From assembly GCA_001179505.1 (NCBI GenBank), contig CDMY01000369.1:1-64000 (forward strand): 64,000 bases of DNA. The letters run 5' to 3'. Positions 1-12,900 of the stretch are shown one piece after another (position 1 is the first letter of the stretch; each line of letters starts with the position of its first letter). The DNA comes from Vitrella brassicaformis CCMP3155 (Eukaryota; Protista; Chromerida). Made by a program: the position numbers and the translations under genes. The notes beneath the pieces were generated by a model, which was given only the letters and a program-made list of their open reading frames with translations, was not told where the DNA came from and searched no databases.

Positions 1-1312
1 TATGAACGGTAGGCCGGCAGGCAGGCATTGCCTGCCCACCCACCCATTCCTCCACCAGCCACACACGAGAGCTTTTCTGCGATGGATGGTTGGTCCCATC
101 AGATGAGGAGGAGCTGCGTCACAAGTACGACAAGCTGATGGTGGAGATGCTCGACCAGCAGACCGAGTCAGCAGAGGGGGGCGACAGGGCACCCGACTCA
201 ACCACCTCCTCGGCCAAGACCGACGAGAGCGCCGTCAACCCCGTCATGTTTGACGTCGAGAGGCGGCTGGCGGAGCTCAAGGCCGACCAGTCCTTCCTGT
301 CCGACCCCAAGAAGGGCGACAAGGCGCCTCTCGGTCCTTGGAGGCAGCTCGTGGCGTCGAACGGCAAGAGGGGCGACTTTGTTGCCCAACTGAGGTCAGC
401 CATGCCCACAAGCCCACACTCGTTAGAGGCATTGTCGCATGTTCATGTGTATGGGTCAGGCCGTTTCGCTACTTGGCGTTGCTGGCTGACGCGAGGCCGA
501 ACAGCGAGCAGCTAAAGGCCACTCTCAAGAACCTGGGAGACAGACAGCCATGGCTCGACATACCCAGACACTTCCCAGTGAGCAGTCACACCCACACACA
601 CGGACGGCATCATATGGCGACCACGTCCCATTCACTGTGTGTGTGTGTGTGTGTTTAGGTGGCCTTTGCCGCTGTGACAGTGGACAGCGCGAGTGCCAAC
701 GAGGAGATGGAGGAGGTGTGTTCCTTCCCGGTGCTGTCGGACCCCTACAACGAGTTCTGCGACGGCTACGGCCTCACACGCGGGGAATCCAACACCTGGA
801 CCACACACCTCTTCCTTATGCGGCTGTAAGCCCCTATCATCCCCCACGCAGACACATGCACACAGCTCTCTCCCTCTCTATGAATGCCTTTCCTTTGTTC
901 GTTCAGTCGTCTGAAAGAGGAGACCCCCTCGATGCAGATCGCCGGTGTGCTGACCGACCTGGACCCCTCTGACGCCACCCAGGGCTTCGAGTTCCTCCTT
1001 GAGCAGGAGAGGGAGTTCCTCCAAGAGGTGCAGCAGCGCATCGGCAAGGTACTCATGGGCACTGAGGGCGATGACGACCAGTCCGAGCAGCAGCCCCGGC
1101 AGCTGACTGACGACGAGAAGCTGCTGCAGCGGCTGGAGCGCAAGAAGCGACGGGCGAGGGATATGCGGTTCAGGCAGGGCGGGAGGAGGAGACGGCCTGT
1201 TGACGAGGCTGATGGGGGCGATGTGGATGAGGGTTCTTGGGGCTCGGGGTTGGTGGCTGAGGGGCCGTCAGTGGACGATGGGTCGAGGCAGGGTGGCTAT
1301 GAGTTCTGGTGA
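1..1312 (+). CDS. 5'-partial spliced gene with a probable redoxin/AhpC-TSA (thioredoxin-fold) segment and an acidic C-terminus
   Basis: The exon from ~659 reads VAFAAVTVDSASANEEMEEVCSFPVLSDPYNEFCDGYGL, resembling the AhpC/TSA 'vavSvD...fplLsDp...yG' motif. GT-AG introns are present, and the last exon ends ...GGYEFW* at 1312. No CxxC was seen. Confidence 0.45.
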
Positions 1313-1786
1313 TGGACGAGCTGTGGCAATGCCACTCCCTTGTCGCGTCACCTGGACCTGCGTGCATCGATTGGCCTTTGTCGTATGTATGTCGTTGATA
1401 GACAGATGTCATCCACACATCCAAACAAGCACAAGGGACTCCGAATGCACCGTGGAGTTTTGTGTGTGTGGATGGATGGATGGATGAGACGGGCATCGCT
1501 GTGCCTGCCTGTGTGAGTGTGTGATATTGTTAGTGATTGGCGTTGACATGGTTGGCGGGCGCGTGCACTGACAGGTTTAAAGCTGGGGGCCTGCAGGGAG
1601 TCACTGCATCGTCTGTCCGCACGCACACACACACACACCCCTCCGGCCGGCGCAACTAGCCATCCCTATCTATCATTCCTGGTGCCAGCCAGCCGCAGTG
1701 AAATCGTTTTCTGTGCTGCCTCACCCCCCCTCTCGCTGTCTGTCTTTCTCGTCGTCTGTCGGCCTTGAGCCCCTCAAGACACACAC

Positions 1787-1818
<32 letters not shown>

Positions 1819-1967
1819 TGCAGTAAACGACCACAGGCAGGCACGAAGAAAGGCATCAATCACATTGATGACAGGGAGGGCAGGCAAGCCACTCACAATA
1901 GATTGTCTGTCTGTTGTCGTGTCACACGAGGCAGACCAGACAGACGGGGGAGGGGGAGGCAGCCAGC

Positions 1968-2025
1968 CAGGCAGGGAGACACGCTAGCTATGTGTACAGG
2001 CAGGGAGACACGCTAGCTATGTGTA
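1968..2025. repeat. 29-bp direct tandem repeat (2 copies)
   Basis: caggcagggagacacgctagctatgtgta occurs at 1968-1996 and 1997-2025. Confidence 0.85.
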
Positions 2026-2256
2026 CACCAGACAGACAGACAGACAGGCCGCTGAAAGGGGCTGGCTGGCTGTCTGTCTCTCTCTGCGGGCGGCAGCGGT
2101 TAACCAACCATATCTGAGGACATCTATCGCAATGACACACAAGAAGCCAGAACGCCTCCCTCGTTCGGACTGTCATCATCGATCTCTCTCTCCCGGCTGA
2201 CCCCGCCCGCCTCACCTCAAAGGGAGCCCTTCGCTCATGTGGTTTGTTTATCTATG

Positions 2257-4413
2257 TCACTGCTTGCTGCCGCTGTTGGCCTGGACATCCGTCAGCGCCA
2301 TTATCGCGTCGCCGTCCTCATCCACCACGTCCATCGATGCCGACGCAGCAGACGCACGAGACGCACCAGACGCCGCAGGGGGCGATGCAGCAGCAGCAGC
2401 AGGCGGACCAGCGGCCTGTGACTGCGGCTGAGACACAGCGTCGAACGTCGACGCGGCACCACCGCCGTCCTGGTGGGGCATGGGCTGGTCGTCGTCTTGG
2501 ACATCCAGGCCGTCGTCATCGTCTGCCTCGTCGTTGCCCCCATCCCCCCCAACCGCCCCGATGCCCCCTGCTGGCGGCTGTGATGGTGGGATGGGGATGG
2601 GCTCACTCTCCTCCCGGGGACCAACCTCCAGCAACTCGTCCGCTGTCACAAAACTGACGACATTGCACACACAGAGGGAGATGGGTTTGTATCTGTCTGT
2701 CTGTCTTGCTGGTTGATGGCAGGACTGACGGACCGTGGTTTGTTGGTGCCTTCGGCGGGGTCGAATATTTCCATGGCCTTAGTGAAGCTGAAAGTAATGC
2801 GTGGGCTGCTCTTGAGTCGGCGGACGAAGTCGCGCAGCGCCCGAATGGCGTCGTGGTGCCGTTGTCCCCTCATGCAGAGCCGCACGAATGAGCCCTCGTT
2901 GGTCTTGCCGACCCACACCAGCTGCTCGCTGTCGTGAGACGTCAACCACATCAATGCTACGTGACCCTGTAGGATGGCAGGGATGCACACACCCATGGAT
3001 GGATGGATGGATGGATGTGGGTGGATACCTACCTGTCGTGCGACGGCTCGCCCGACGAACACGAGTCCCATTCTGTTCTGCAGCACGTCCTGCACCGGCG
3101 GCAGGTCAGTCGTCAGGAATGCAACCACCTGGTAGTTCTTGATCCTATTGACGCACGCAGAGAGAGAGAGAGAGAGGCAAATTGACGAAGGGATCTGGTG
3201 TCGTGTATCGGCTGCCTGGATGGCTCACTCGGCAACGGCAGCCTGCAGCATGAGGCACGGCACAAAGGTCGAGAAATGGTTGAAACGATCCAGCAAACGC
3301 ACCTGCTACACACACGCATACACACCCCAGACAGACACAAGAGCAGCAACGGTACACAAAAGTGGGCGTGTATTATATATGTGGTTGGTCGGTCACCTTC
3401 TCCGGGTCCGTGGAGCAGATGTGCACAGCGGGGTCCCGCTGGCCGATGTCCGCGGCCTCCACCCAGGCGGCGTTGTTGCCTTTGCGGAGAGCGGGCGAGA
3501 CGAATTTGAGCCGCCCGCCCTCATTGTCGTCCTTGAGGGGCTCGATCGACTGAACGCTTGACCGTGTCTGCACCTGGTGACCTGACACGACCACACACAC
3601 AGGCAGAGACAGACAACGAATCATGGAACGGTTTCTCACTCGTGTGTGTGCGAATGTATGTGAGGGTGGATGACCGACCGAAGAATCGATATTGCGCTAT
3701 GGTCTCCGGCAGGGTGAGCAGTGTCTTGTACTGCAGGCCAGCCATGTCGAAGTCATCGTCACTTATCGACACACGCGTGTCGTACCACAACCTGGTATAT
3801 CCCACACAACACACACACATTCGTGGCTGCCAGCCCCTCTTGTCTGGCCGCCGATATATCGCGTCCGTCGCTTTAAGACCTAAGGAATTGGAAGAACAGC
3901 GCCCATCTGCACCAATCCCACTCCTGCTCGAGCACCCAAGCCGCCCTCTCCCACGTACGCGACCGCGAAAACGCCCCGAACGGGGCGAACCGCCGCTTAG
4001 GGTGGGCGCTGACTCGGTGGCGGAAGAACAAGGCGTCGCTGGACAGGATGCGGTAGAGTTCACGGCAGGAGGTGCGCAGGGCCAGGCAGCCTTGGACCGA
4101 CACGTGCATGAAGCACGCGTGCAGCTCGTGAGCACCTAACCCCTCCAGCAGCTTGTCAGATCCTAACAGATACACGCAGCAGACCAGACAGGGAGAGAGG
4201 GGACTTGACGTGCAAGATGCATGCGGGCAGCCGTGCCATGTCCGACAGACTACCCTTCCATCACGCCTCTCATGTTGCTCCCTTAGCTACGTCTGGCTGC
4301 CTTGTCTGCCTCAGCTGCTGCCTGCCTGTCCTTCTTCCCAAAAGCCCCCTGGTACCTGGGACAGTGATGGTGGTGGTGTTGTTGAGCGTCGACGCCTGTG
4401 TGCCGGTCTCCAT
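2257..4413 (-). CDS. Multi-exon hypothetical protein with an N-terminal F-box-like motif and an acidic low-complexity C-terminus
   Basis: ATG at 4413 (METGTQ...VPG) splices to GSDKLLEGLGAHELHACFMHVSVQGCLALRTSCRELYRILSS. Further coding-like exons lie at ~3620-3800, ~3390-3560, ~3040-3150 and ~2720-2935. The last exon (D/A-rich) stops at 2257. Confidence 0.6.
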
Positions 4414-5236
4414 TATTCCTCCTATAGCAGCACAGCACGCACCCTAGACTCGCTCAAGGCGTTACCCAACGCAGCAGCAGCGCCAACGAATTATGAAATG
4501 GCCATCGCAGAGCTTCCGCCCTCGAAGGGCTCGTGCGATGGCAAGCGAAAGAAAAAATGGAATGCAGGCAGTCAGGGGAGCTTGTCAGGCGTCCACCTAA
4601 GCGGCCTGCCCGTTCTCCCTGATCGCCGATCAGTTTGCGAGCTCATATGTGAGCTAAGCCAAGAGGCAAGGAAAGGAGGAAGGAGAAAGGAGGACGCAAC
4701 ACTGATCGGAGCGAGCGACAACAGAATCTGCCGAAAGAGCTATACTCAGTGTTCGACATCTGCCCTTTGCTGCTGGCAGCCTGTGAAGCGGGTCAAGGCG
4801 GCTGTTCCGATTGGATCAGATCATTGCTGTTTAGCGTGGCCAGCGCATCCGTCAGCAGCCTTGTTGCACTGGCTGAGGTGCATGGATGGGTCTTGCACTC
4901 CTGTCCTCACTTCTCTGCACCCTTTTCCTCTGGCGCATGACCCTCACCCGCTCCAGAGGTAGGTAGGGTATCAACAGACAGACAGACAGACGCTCACAGA
5001 CAGACCTCAACCTCTGTGCTTCATTCATGTGTGATTGTTCGTGCCATTCAGGTTTTGTGCATCGACCTACTTATCATAAGTCACCGTCATCGCCCCTCTT
5101 CCTCTCCCCCCCTGTCCGCACCCTCCCGCCATCCACAGCGTCCCTTCTCCCGCGTCACTGGCCGGCACAGCAACCGAGCAGCGGCCGGTTCCCACTCTTA
5201 TTATCGTGGCCTCGTGCAAGGCGCCTTCTGACGGGC

Positions 5237-7887
5237 ATGGCTGGGGGTGGCGACGGGACGCCGGCAGGGACCACTGGCGCGACGTCGGTGTATGGCGAGA
5301 AAGAGAGTGGGGGATCGCGTGTGCGGTCTGAGTCTGGCGTGTCTGGGAGGATAGAGCGGACTGAGACCGGCGGGCGGTGGCGTGAGAGCTCGTTCAGGGA
5401 GAGCTATGAGCTTTACAAGGAGCTGGATGGCACCGAGGACCCCATGCTTGAACCGATCGCAGGAAGATCTTTGCGAGTCCTCGTGGATGCACTCAGGTAC
5501 CCTCAGCCATCCACCCAACACGTGTCATCTCACCCACTGTGCATCATGCAGGTTGTACGGCCCAGAGGGTGTGGTGTGTTCCTTCAACGGCGGCAAGGAC
5601 GCCGTGCTGATCCTGCATTTGATGCGTGCGGCGCTGGCCAAATACCTCTACGACAAAATGCGTGACGCGCGGCGACGCAAGGGCGGCCGGGCGGTGTCAG
5701 AGGCCAACCTGGACGAAGAGGTGCCCGTCGACACCCTGCTGGCCGAGGGGTACGGGGAGCTGCTGACGGGGAGGTGCCGCGCCATCTACTTCGAGAACAA
5801 CCAGACTGAGTTCCAGGAAGTGAGGGACTTTGTGTGGGACACCCAAAGGCAATACGACATCGACCTCATGTGGGTGGGTGGGACAGACAGGAGAGGGCAG
5901 GGCGCATACACAAGACAGACAACAGACGTACGTGTTCGTCCATGTGTGTGTATTTGTGTCTGTGTGCGTGGCGTGCAGGGTGTTCCACAGCAATTTTGTG
6001 GATGGTTTGTCCGAGTGTTTGGGTCTGCAGGAGGAGCAGTACGGCAACGACAAGCTGGCCTTTGTACTGGGGACCCGGCGCGGGGACCCCAACTGCGGTG
6101 ACCAGGGCTGGTTCGAACCCAGCAGCACCTGGATGCCCCCCTTCATGAGGGTCAACCCCATTCTCGACTGGGACTACGGTCACCCACCCACACACCCACC
6201 TTATGTGTGTCATGGACATGGTGTGTTTGTATCGTGTGCAGGGTCTGTGTGGCATTTCCTGCGCACCCACGGGCTGCCGTATTGCCGTCTGTATGACGAG
6301 GGCTACACGTCGTTGGGCCGCAAGGACAACACGTGGAAGAACCCGGCGCTGCGCAACGAGGACGGCAGCTACCAGCCCGCATACCTGCTGGCAGACTGGG
6401 CCAAGGAGAGGGCCGGCAGGATACCCACTGGGGTAAGTAGTATGGATGTCAGTGGGCGACACACATGCAGACGGATGGGTGGATGGATGGGTCAATTTGA
6501 CCAGGAGACCACCCTTGAGTGCGAGTTGCGTGACATCGACGCGAGGCGGCGGAAGATCAAGGAGGCCAGGAGTGCCAGCCTGGTGGTCATCGGCGACGAG
6601 ATACTCAAGGGCAAGACCTCCGACGCCAACACCTACACCGCCACCAAGGAGCTCAGAGCCACCGGTCCGCCCTCCCTCCCACCCTTCGCCTCTGCTCGCA
6701 CTCTCCCATCTCTCTCCCTCCCTCTCACTCTGTGGCTGCAGGTATCCCACTGCGTCGAGTGAGTGTTGTGAGCGACGACGAGGACGAGATCGCCGAGGAG
6801 GTCCGCCGGCAGTCGCAGAAGTTCGATGTCGTCATCACCTCTGGCGGCATCGGCCCCACCCACGACGACGTGACGGTGCGTGCGGTGGCCAAGGCGTTCG
6901 GCCAGCGGATGGCCATCAACAATGACATGCTCAACCGGATTAAGCTGGCCTTCAGGATCAACGACGGACAGCCCCTCACTTCGGTACCTACACAGACACA
7001 CACACAGAGAGAGACATAGGGAGGGAGGGAGACACGAGTGTGTATGTGTGTGTGTGAGTATCAGGCCCAGCGCAAGATGGCGTGGCTGCCCGAATTCGCG
7101 ACACTCCGAACGGCCCCCAGCTCAGCAGGGGTAAGCAGGATACCTACCGTCCACCACACGTGTTGTGTGCCCGTGTGTGTGTGGCTGGGGCGACTGGTTC
7201 ACCCATTCCCTCCTTCACCTGTCATGTGTCGTGCAGGCCAAGGAGTGGCCGATCCTTCAGTGCGAGAATGTGTTCATTCTGCCGGGCGTCCCCGAGTTTT
7301 TCAGGAAGAAGGTCGAGATCATCTGCAGACACTTCCTCACCTCAAACCCCATATTTGCAAAACGGGTCAGTGTCCATGGCCTTCTCCCATCCATCCCTCC
7401 CTGTTTGATCCCTCTCTCCCTCTCTCCCTCTCTCCCTCTCTCCCTCTCTCTGTCTGTGGATCCAGGTAGTATTGCGCGCAGTCGAGGAGAAGATAGCGGC
7501 CCATTTGGATGCGACGGTGGAGGAGCACCAGGAGGTGACCTTCGGCAGCTACCCCTTCTTCCACCATGCGTCCTTCAAGACTATCATCACTCTCGAGGCC
7601 GCTGAGGAAACCAAGGTCGAGGCCGCCCTGGAGGCGCTACTCGGTCGGTATTCCAGCCCCCCACATCTTGTTCTCTCTCTCTCTCTCTAGTGGATGTGGG
7701 CAATGTGTGTGTGGATGTGTGTGTGGTAGGTCGTCTGGACGCCGAGTGGATCGTGAAGGTGGAGGACAGCGACACCCTGTCGGTCAAGTCAGACGAGATG
7801 GCCGCGGCGGCCCCACCGACACAGAACCAGGAGGAGCAGAGGGCGGCCTCACCCTCACGCACCGAAGCCACCATACACACAGACTGA
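5237..7887 (+). CDS. FLAD1: Bifunctional FAD synthase: N-terminal PAPS-reductase-like FMN adenylyltransferase plus C-terminal molybdopterin-binding/CinA-like domain
   Basis: Motifs SFNGGKDAVL, LGTRRGDPN, PPFMRVNPILDW, YCRLYDEGYTSLG and ERAGR mark the FAD synthase domain. VIGDEILKGKTSDAN, GGIGPTHDDVT and NVFILPGVP mark the MoCF/CinA domain. About 11 exons. Confidence 0.93.
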
Positions 7888-8167
7888 CTGATCGATTCTG
7901 CCGGCCACCAAGCCGTCTAGAAGAGGTTTTTGTGTCAGTAGCAGAGTGTGTGTGCGTGCGCGAGAGTATAGGGCGGCACGGTTTTGATGCGGTCGAGCTG
8001 TGCGAACCTAACCAACACTGGTTTAGTGTAATGACTGAATGGGACGACATGGAATGAGTCGGTCACTCACACACGCACGCGCCGGCACCAGCTGCCAGCA
8101 CCGACGTGAACAAATGGGACGGACACTCATTCGACTAATCTCCTCTTCTCGACATGCTCCACACATG

Positions 8168-8200
<33 letters not shown>

Positions 8201-9978
8201 TTCTCACACAAACAAGTGTGGAGCAGCGATTAACCAATCAATTGTCGTCACTCAGTGGATGGCACCAACCAACCAACCAACCAACCACACACGGACACAC
8301 AGCCAAGAAAGAATACAGAAATCCACACCCACACCCACAGACACAGACACAGACACAGGCGGGCATGGATGCAGGCAGGCAGGCAGGCAGGTAATGAGTG
8401 TATTCTGGGTCGCCTGCGCTGAAGAAAAATCTGTTCCGCAAAAACCCTTCCTTGATTGGTGTGTCCGTCGTCTCATCTCGTGTGGTCTCCTTCATGGCCT
8501 ATCTGTCAATCAAATGCATTCACGCGATCGCAGACAGACGATGGTCGATGGGATGACATGACATGGCATGACATGGCATGGGGCGGAGGACTGTGGGTGG
8601 GGTGGGTGGGTGGGGAGAAAAACGGTGTCGACTAAGGGAGCAATCCATCAATCAATCCATCAATCCAGAGAGCCACCCAGCCGTCCCGTCTGTCCAGCTT
8701 ACAAAACAGCCCGTCCGTCCGCCCGCCCGCCCGTCTCTGTACAGCAGCAGGACCCCCACACGCACACACACACACATGGATGGAAACAGGGGAGAGATAG
8801 GTAGGGTAGAGGGAGGGAGCATATGTCCGGATGAATGAATCCATGTCATGTCATGTATGTTTGTTTGCATATATATGTGTGTGAGGCAGTGAGTGAGTTG
8901 AGTGAGTGAGGCAGTCGGCTCTCCTCTCCTTTGGTCGGTCAGCAAATAATTAGGTCGTGCACGGCCCTCATCCACACACACCCACACACGTCAGTAGTAT
9001 AGATGCAGAGATAGAGCTGCAGCCACAGACACACAGACAGAATCGATTCATTCAAAGTGTGCAAGCAGGTTGACTGGCTGGTAAGAGCCCCACAGCGCCT
9101 GCAATGTATGGCCATACCATGCCGGAATTGTCTGAGATGTCATTGAATGCTGTTCTGCGCACCAGTCTGCCAGAGTCACATGGAGGTCAGGAACGGCCCC
9201 GAGCTACCTGAGTATCAGGCAGCCCTGGCTGCACCAGACCCGCACATCACGCAGACAGACCGGCACAACAGGACTCAGCGAGTAAGTCAGTTAGTCAACT
9301 GCTCTCTTCTCTGTCCCTCATTAATGTGCCCAGCCTCGCTTATACACACCCATCCGTCCATCCATTGGCCAGTGACGCATCACCACATCCATCCACCTAT
9401 CCATCCATCCATCTCAGCCATCTCAATCAAGGGCACTCACTTGCGTACAGACAATACAGACGAAAAATGCTGACATAGAAGAAGAGGCAGACAGACAGAC
9501 AAAGTCAGGGAATCAATCAATCCATCAATCAACTGACCGACCATACACACACGTATCTATCAATCAATCAACCACCACTCTGCCCTGCCCTGCTGTGCTG
9601 TGGCCGCCTTGCCACTCTTCCGTTTGTCTCGCTTTCTTTTGTTTGTCCGTTCTCCCGCACTCACTTCCAGCTCACAAATGCGCGGGCACCCGGGCGTCCA
9701 TCCACACACCGAGTGCCGCAGCCAACATGTCGTCAAAAAAACAGCCCACCCGCACCCGCTTCAATGAGTCAATCAACCAATTTGTTAACGTCAGTCAATG
9801 TATGTATGCAGCCATACACACACAATCCATTCATTGATCAGTCTGTCTGTCTGTCGGCCTCCCCCACCCGCCGCATCTGTCTATCTGTCTGTCTGTCTCT
9901 TATATCCTATCCCCCACATACGATCGGTCCACACGACACGGCCATGTCCGTCCCCCCATTAAATGACAGCCCGCCCGG

Positions 9979-12900
9979 TCATGTCTGCCCCCATGGCGGC
10001 GACAGGTTGATGGTGATTCCGGCTGCAGGCGACTGATGCATCGGCGGCACCGGAGACGGCGCCAGCTGCTGCACATCGCCCTTGCTGCTGCCGAGAGACG
10101 GGGGCGCCGAGGAAGGGCCGGTGCTGATGGGAGGGTTGTTGTCTGCCAGCTTGGGCCGCTTGGGGCTGGGGCTGGGGTGGCCCTCCCATCTCTCGGTCAG
10201 CTCCAGGTTGATGGAGAGGGCGATCTTGCGCACGCCGTCCGGTGAGGTCGTCACCGACATCTCGCTGTGCGTCCGCTTCAGGGGGGCGCTTTGCCCTTGA
10301 ACGTCCGCTGCTGCATGGCCCCCGTGCACCTTGCCCCCCTGGCCGCCCGATGTCGGCAAGCTGCCGTCGCCACCACCGCCACCACCCTTGGCCTCTCCTC
10401 TGCCCCCTCCTTCCCCCCTCTCTGGGACCGATGGGTCGCTGAACCCGACGCTGTCGCTGTCATCTTCGCCGTCGTCATCCCGTCTGTCGTTGCGGGGCGA
10501 TGGCGCAGCCGCCACATCGCCGTCCACGCCCGTCTTGGGCGTCCTCGGCGGTTTTGCCGCTGCCTTTGCCGCGCGGAGTTTGTCGAGGACGGCAGGTGGG
10601 GGAGGTGGGGGAGGGGGCAGGGGCGGGTCGACGAGCAGGGAGGGGAAGAAGTGGGTGACCAGCACCCGACGCAGCTTCTCTGCCATGTTGGGTGCTGCTG
10701 TGGAGCCGCCGTCCCGGCCGACGGGCCAGAGTGTGTCGAGGTGGGCGGGGACCAGCTCCTTCCGATCCAACATCCCGCACATATCGTCTATCAACGCTGA
10801 AGTGATGATGAACATGACAGGTGACCGTCAGCCACACCGACAGAGAGAGGGGGGGGGGGGGAAATGGTGAGCATATGTGGCGTGGGTGTGTCGGTTGTGG
10901 TGGTTGTAGTACCTACCAGTGACTTTGACGGGCTGTGTGGTCCTGAATTGAGGGGGCCCCTCGTCGGGTGAGGGCGAGCAGGTGTCGAGCTGCTGGTAGA
11001 GGGAGGGCATGACCTGCATGAACTTTTGAGCCTTTATCAGGGTGGTCTGGATGACCGCTGGGTCCACGGCCTTCTCGCCCTCATCCTGACCACACAGACA
11101 CATAGACAGACACACAGACACACAGACAGACATAGACAGAGACATACAACGCCAGAGTGCCTCTTGATCTGCACCCATCCCTGCCTGAGGCGTCCATCAA
11201 CCAGTGCATGTTCAGTTACCACGAGCAGCAGCATGAGGTCCTCGAGCCTCTCATGGACGGTCCGCAGGCGGCCAAGCTGCTCGCCATCAAACTCTATCCA
11301 CCCCAACTGCACACATGAATGCGGGGGCCATGCAATCAATGCATGTACACACGACCGGTCTGCCGACCCCTTCAATCAAGCTCGCTTACACGGCTAATGA
11401 GGTTCACTTTCTTCCAATGCGCCAGCAAGCGCGCCTTCGCGTCCTGTTCACATGCACAACCGCACACAGACGCAGCAGTGAGTGGCCATTAATTACACAC
11501 TGACGCTCTCTCTACATATAGATGCTGACCTTGATATAGCCGCCATACTGAGCCTGGATCATGGCCGTCTTCTGGTCGACCTGCGGCTTGGCCGGCGGCG
11601 GACGCACACGACCACCCTGGGCCCTTGGCGCCGTCGGGCGGCCACCACTGCCACTGCTGAGCGGCCGTGCCCTCGGCGACTCGGCAGCCAGAGGCTCGTG
11701 CTCAGGCTCCCTCTCAGATGGGCTAGCAGCGCCTCCAGCAGCACCAGCACCAGCAGCCATCGACGATGCATGACGCTTCTTGCCAGCCGCCTGAGGGACG
11801 GGGCTCTGGTGAAGGCGCTTTAGCAGGGCATCCGTCGACTTGTCCGTCTGAGCCCCCTGCCCCCTTCCGGCAAGGTGCGTCGGGTGGATGGCCATCTGGG
11901 GGCCCCGCTGCTGCCCAGCGCCGTCACTGCTCAGGTCGATCACGGCAGGCTGATGCACCAACGGGGACGCATTACTGTCGGGCTTCTTGCTGGTGGCTCG
12001 TTTGCCGCTGCCCGACGATTGGATGGTCAGAGGCGACGGTATGGACACCTGGACGTCACTGTCGCTGGACTGCTGCTGGTAGGTGCTGGCCGTGGTGGAA
12101 AGGCTGGCATGCCCCACACCCGACTCAGGAGAGCCGTCAGTATAGTTGGTCGACGAGGGCGCGGTGGTGTGCCCTCCTCCCATACCCATACCCATGCCCA
12201 TGCCGTGCGCGTGTGGGTGTGCGCCGCCCATCAAGTGCCGCAAGGCCCCATCTTGGGGCGGCTGACAGAGAGGAGGGGACCGCTTGCTCGGCCAGCCGTC
12301 CAACACACAGGACGTGGGCATGCCCGTCGGCTCACATAGCGAATACCCAGCACCATGCGGCTGCTGCTGCTGCATCGGTGGCTGTGGTTTTCGGGCGGCT
12401 GGTGGCGGCTGGCCCTCGGGCTGCCCGTAGTAGTGGCCGCTCCTCGCTGATGGTGCTGCCGGCTGCGGACTGGCCATGGCCCCTGTACTGGTGCTGGGAA
12501 ATGGCGACCTCAAGGACGACGCACCCACACCACCAGCGCCACCAGCACCATACATGACGCCTGTTGGTCGACATCGAGAGAGACAGTTGGTGTGTCGTCT
12601 ACCCATTGTTTGTGCGTGTATACCAACCATACCATTCATGTGTGGATGGCGTCCGTCAGGTTGCCGGGGCGCAGGCGACAGCGAGTGTGGCTGTGCCTGT
12701 GGCTGTGGCTGTCCCCCACTGTGGGCATGACGAGCCTGGGCCTGGGCCTTGGCTGCTCAGGTCAAGCCAAGTCAGCCAACACATCAGACAGACAGACAGA
12801 CAGACGGCATGGAGGGATGGCGTGTGTGCTGTGTTGTGTGTGTGGCAGTGTGTGTATTCAGGCACTGCACTCACCGACGCATTTCTCCTTGAACTTAGTG

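Noticed and set aside
4153-4962. 269-aa ORF upstream of FAD synthase
   Set aside because: No recognisable motif; it overlaps the first exons of the minus-strand gene and promoter-like sequence, and is likely a chance ORF in GC-rich DNA.
7900-9950. Many short ORFs rich in HT/TH/CV/VC dipeptides here and throughout the window
   Set aside because: They are translations of (CA)n/(GT)n and tetranucleotide microsatellites in introns and intergenic DNA.
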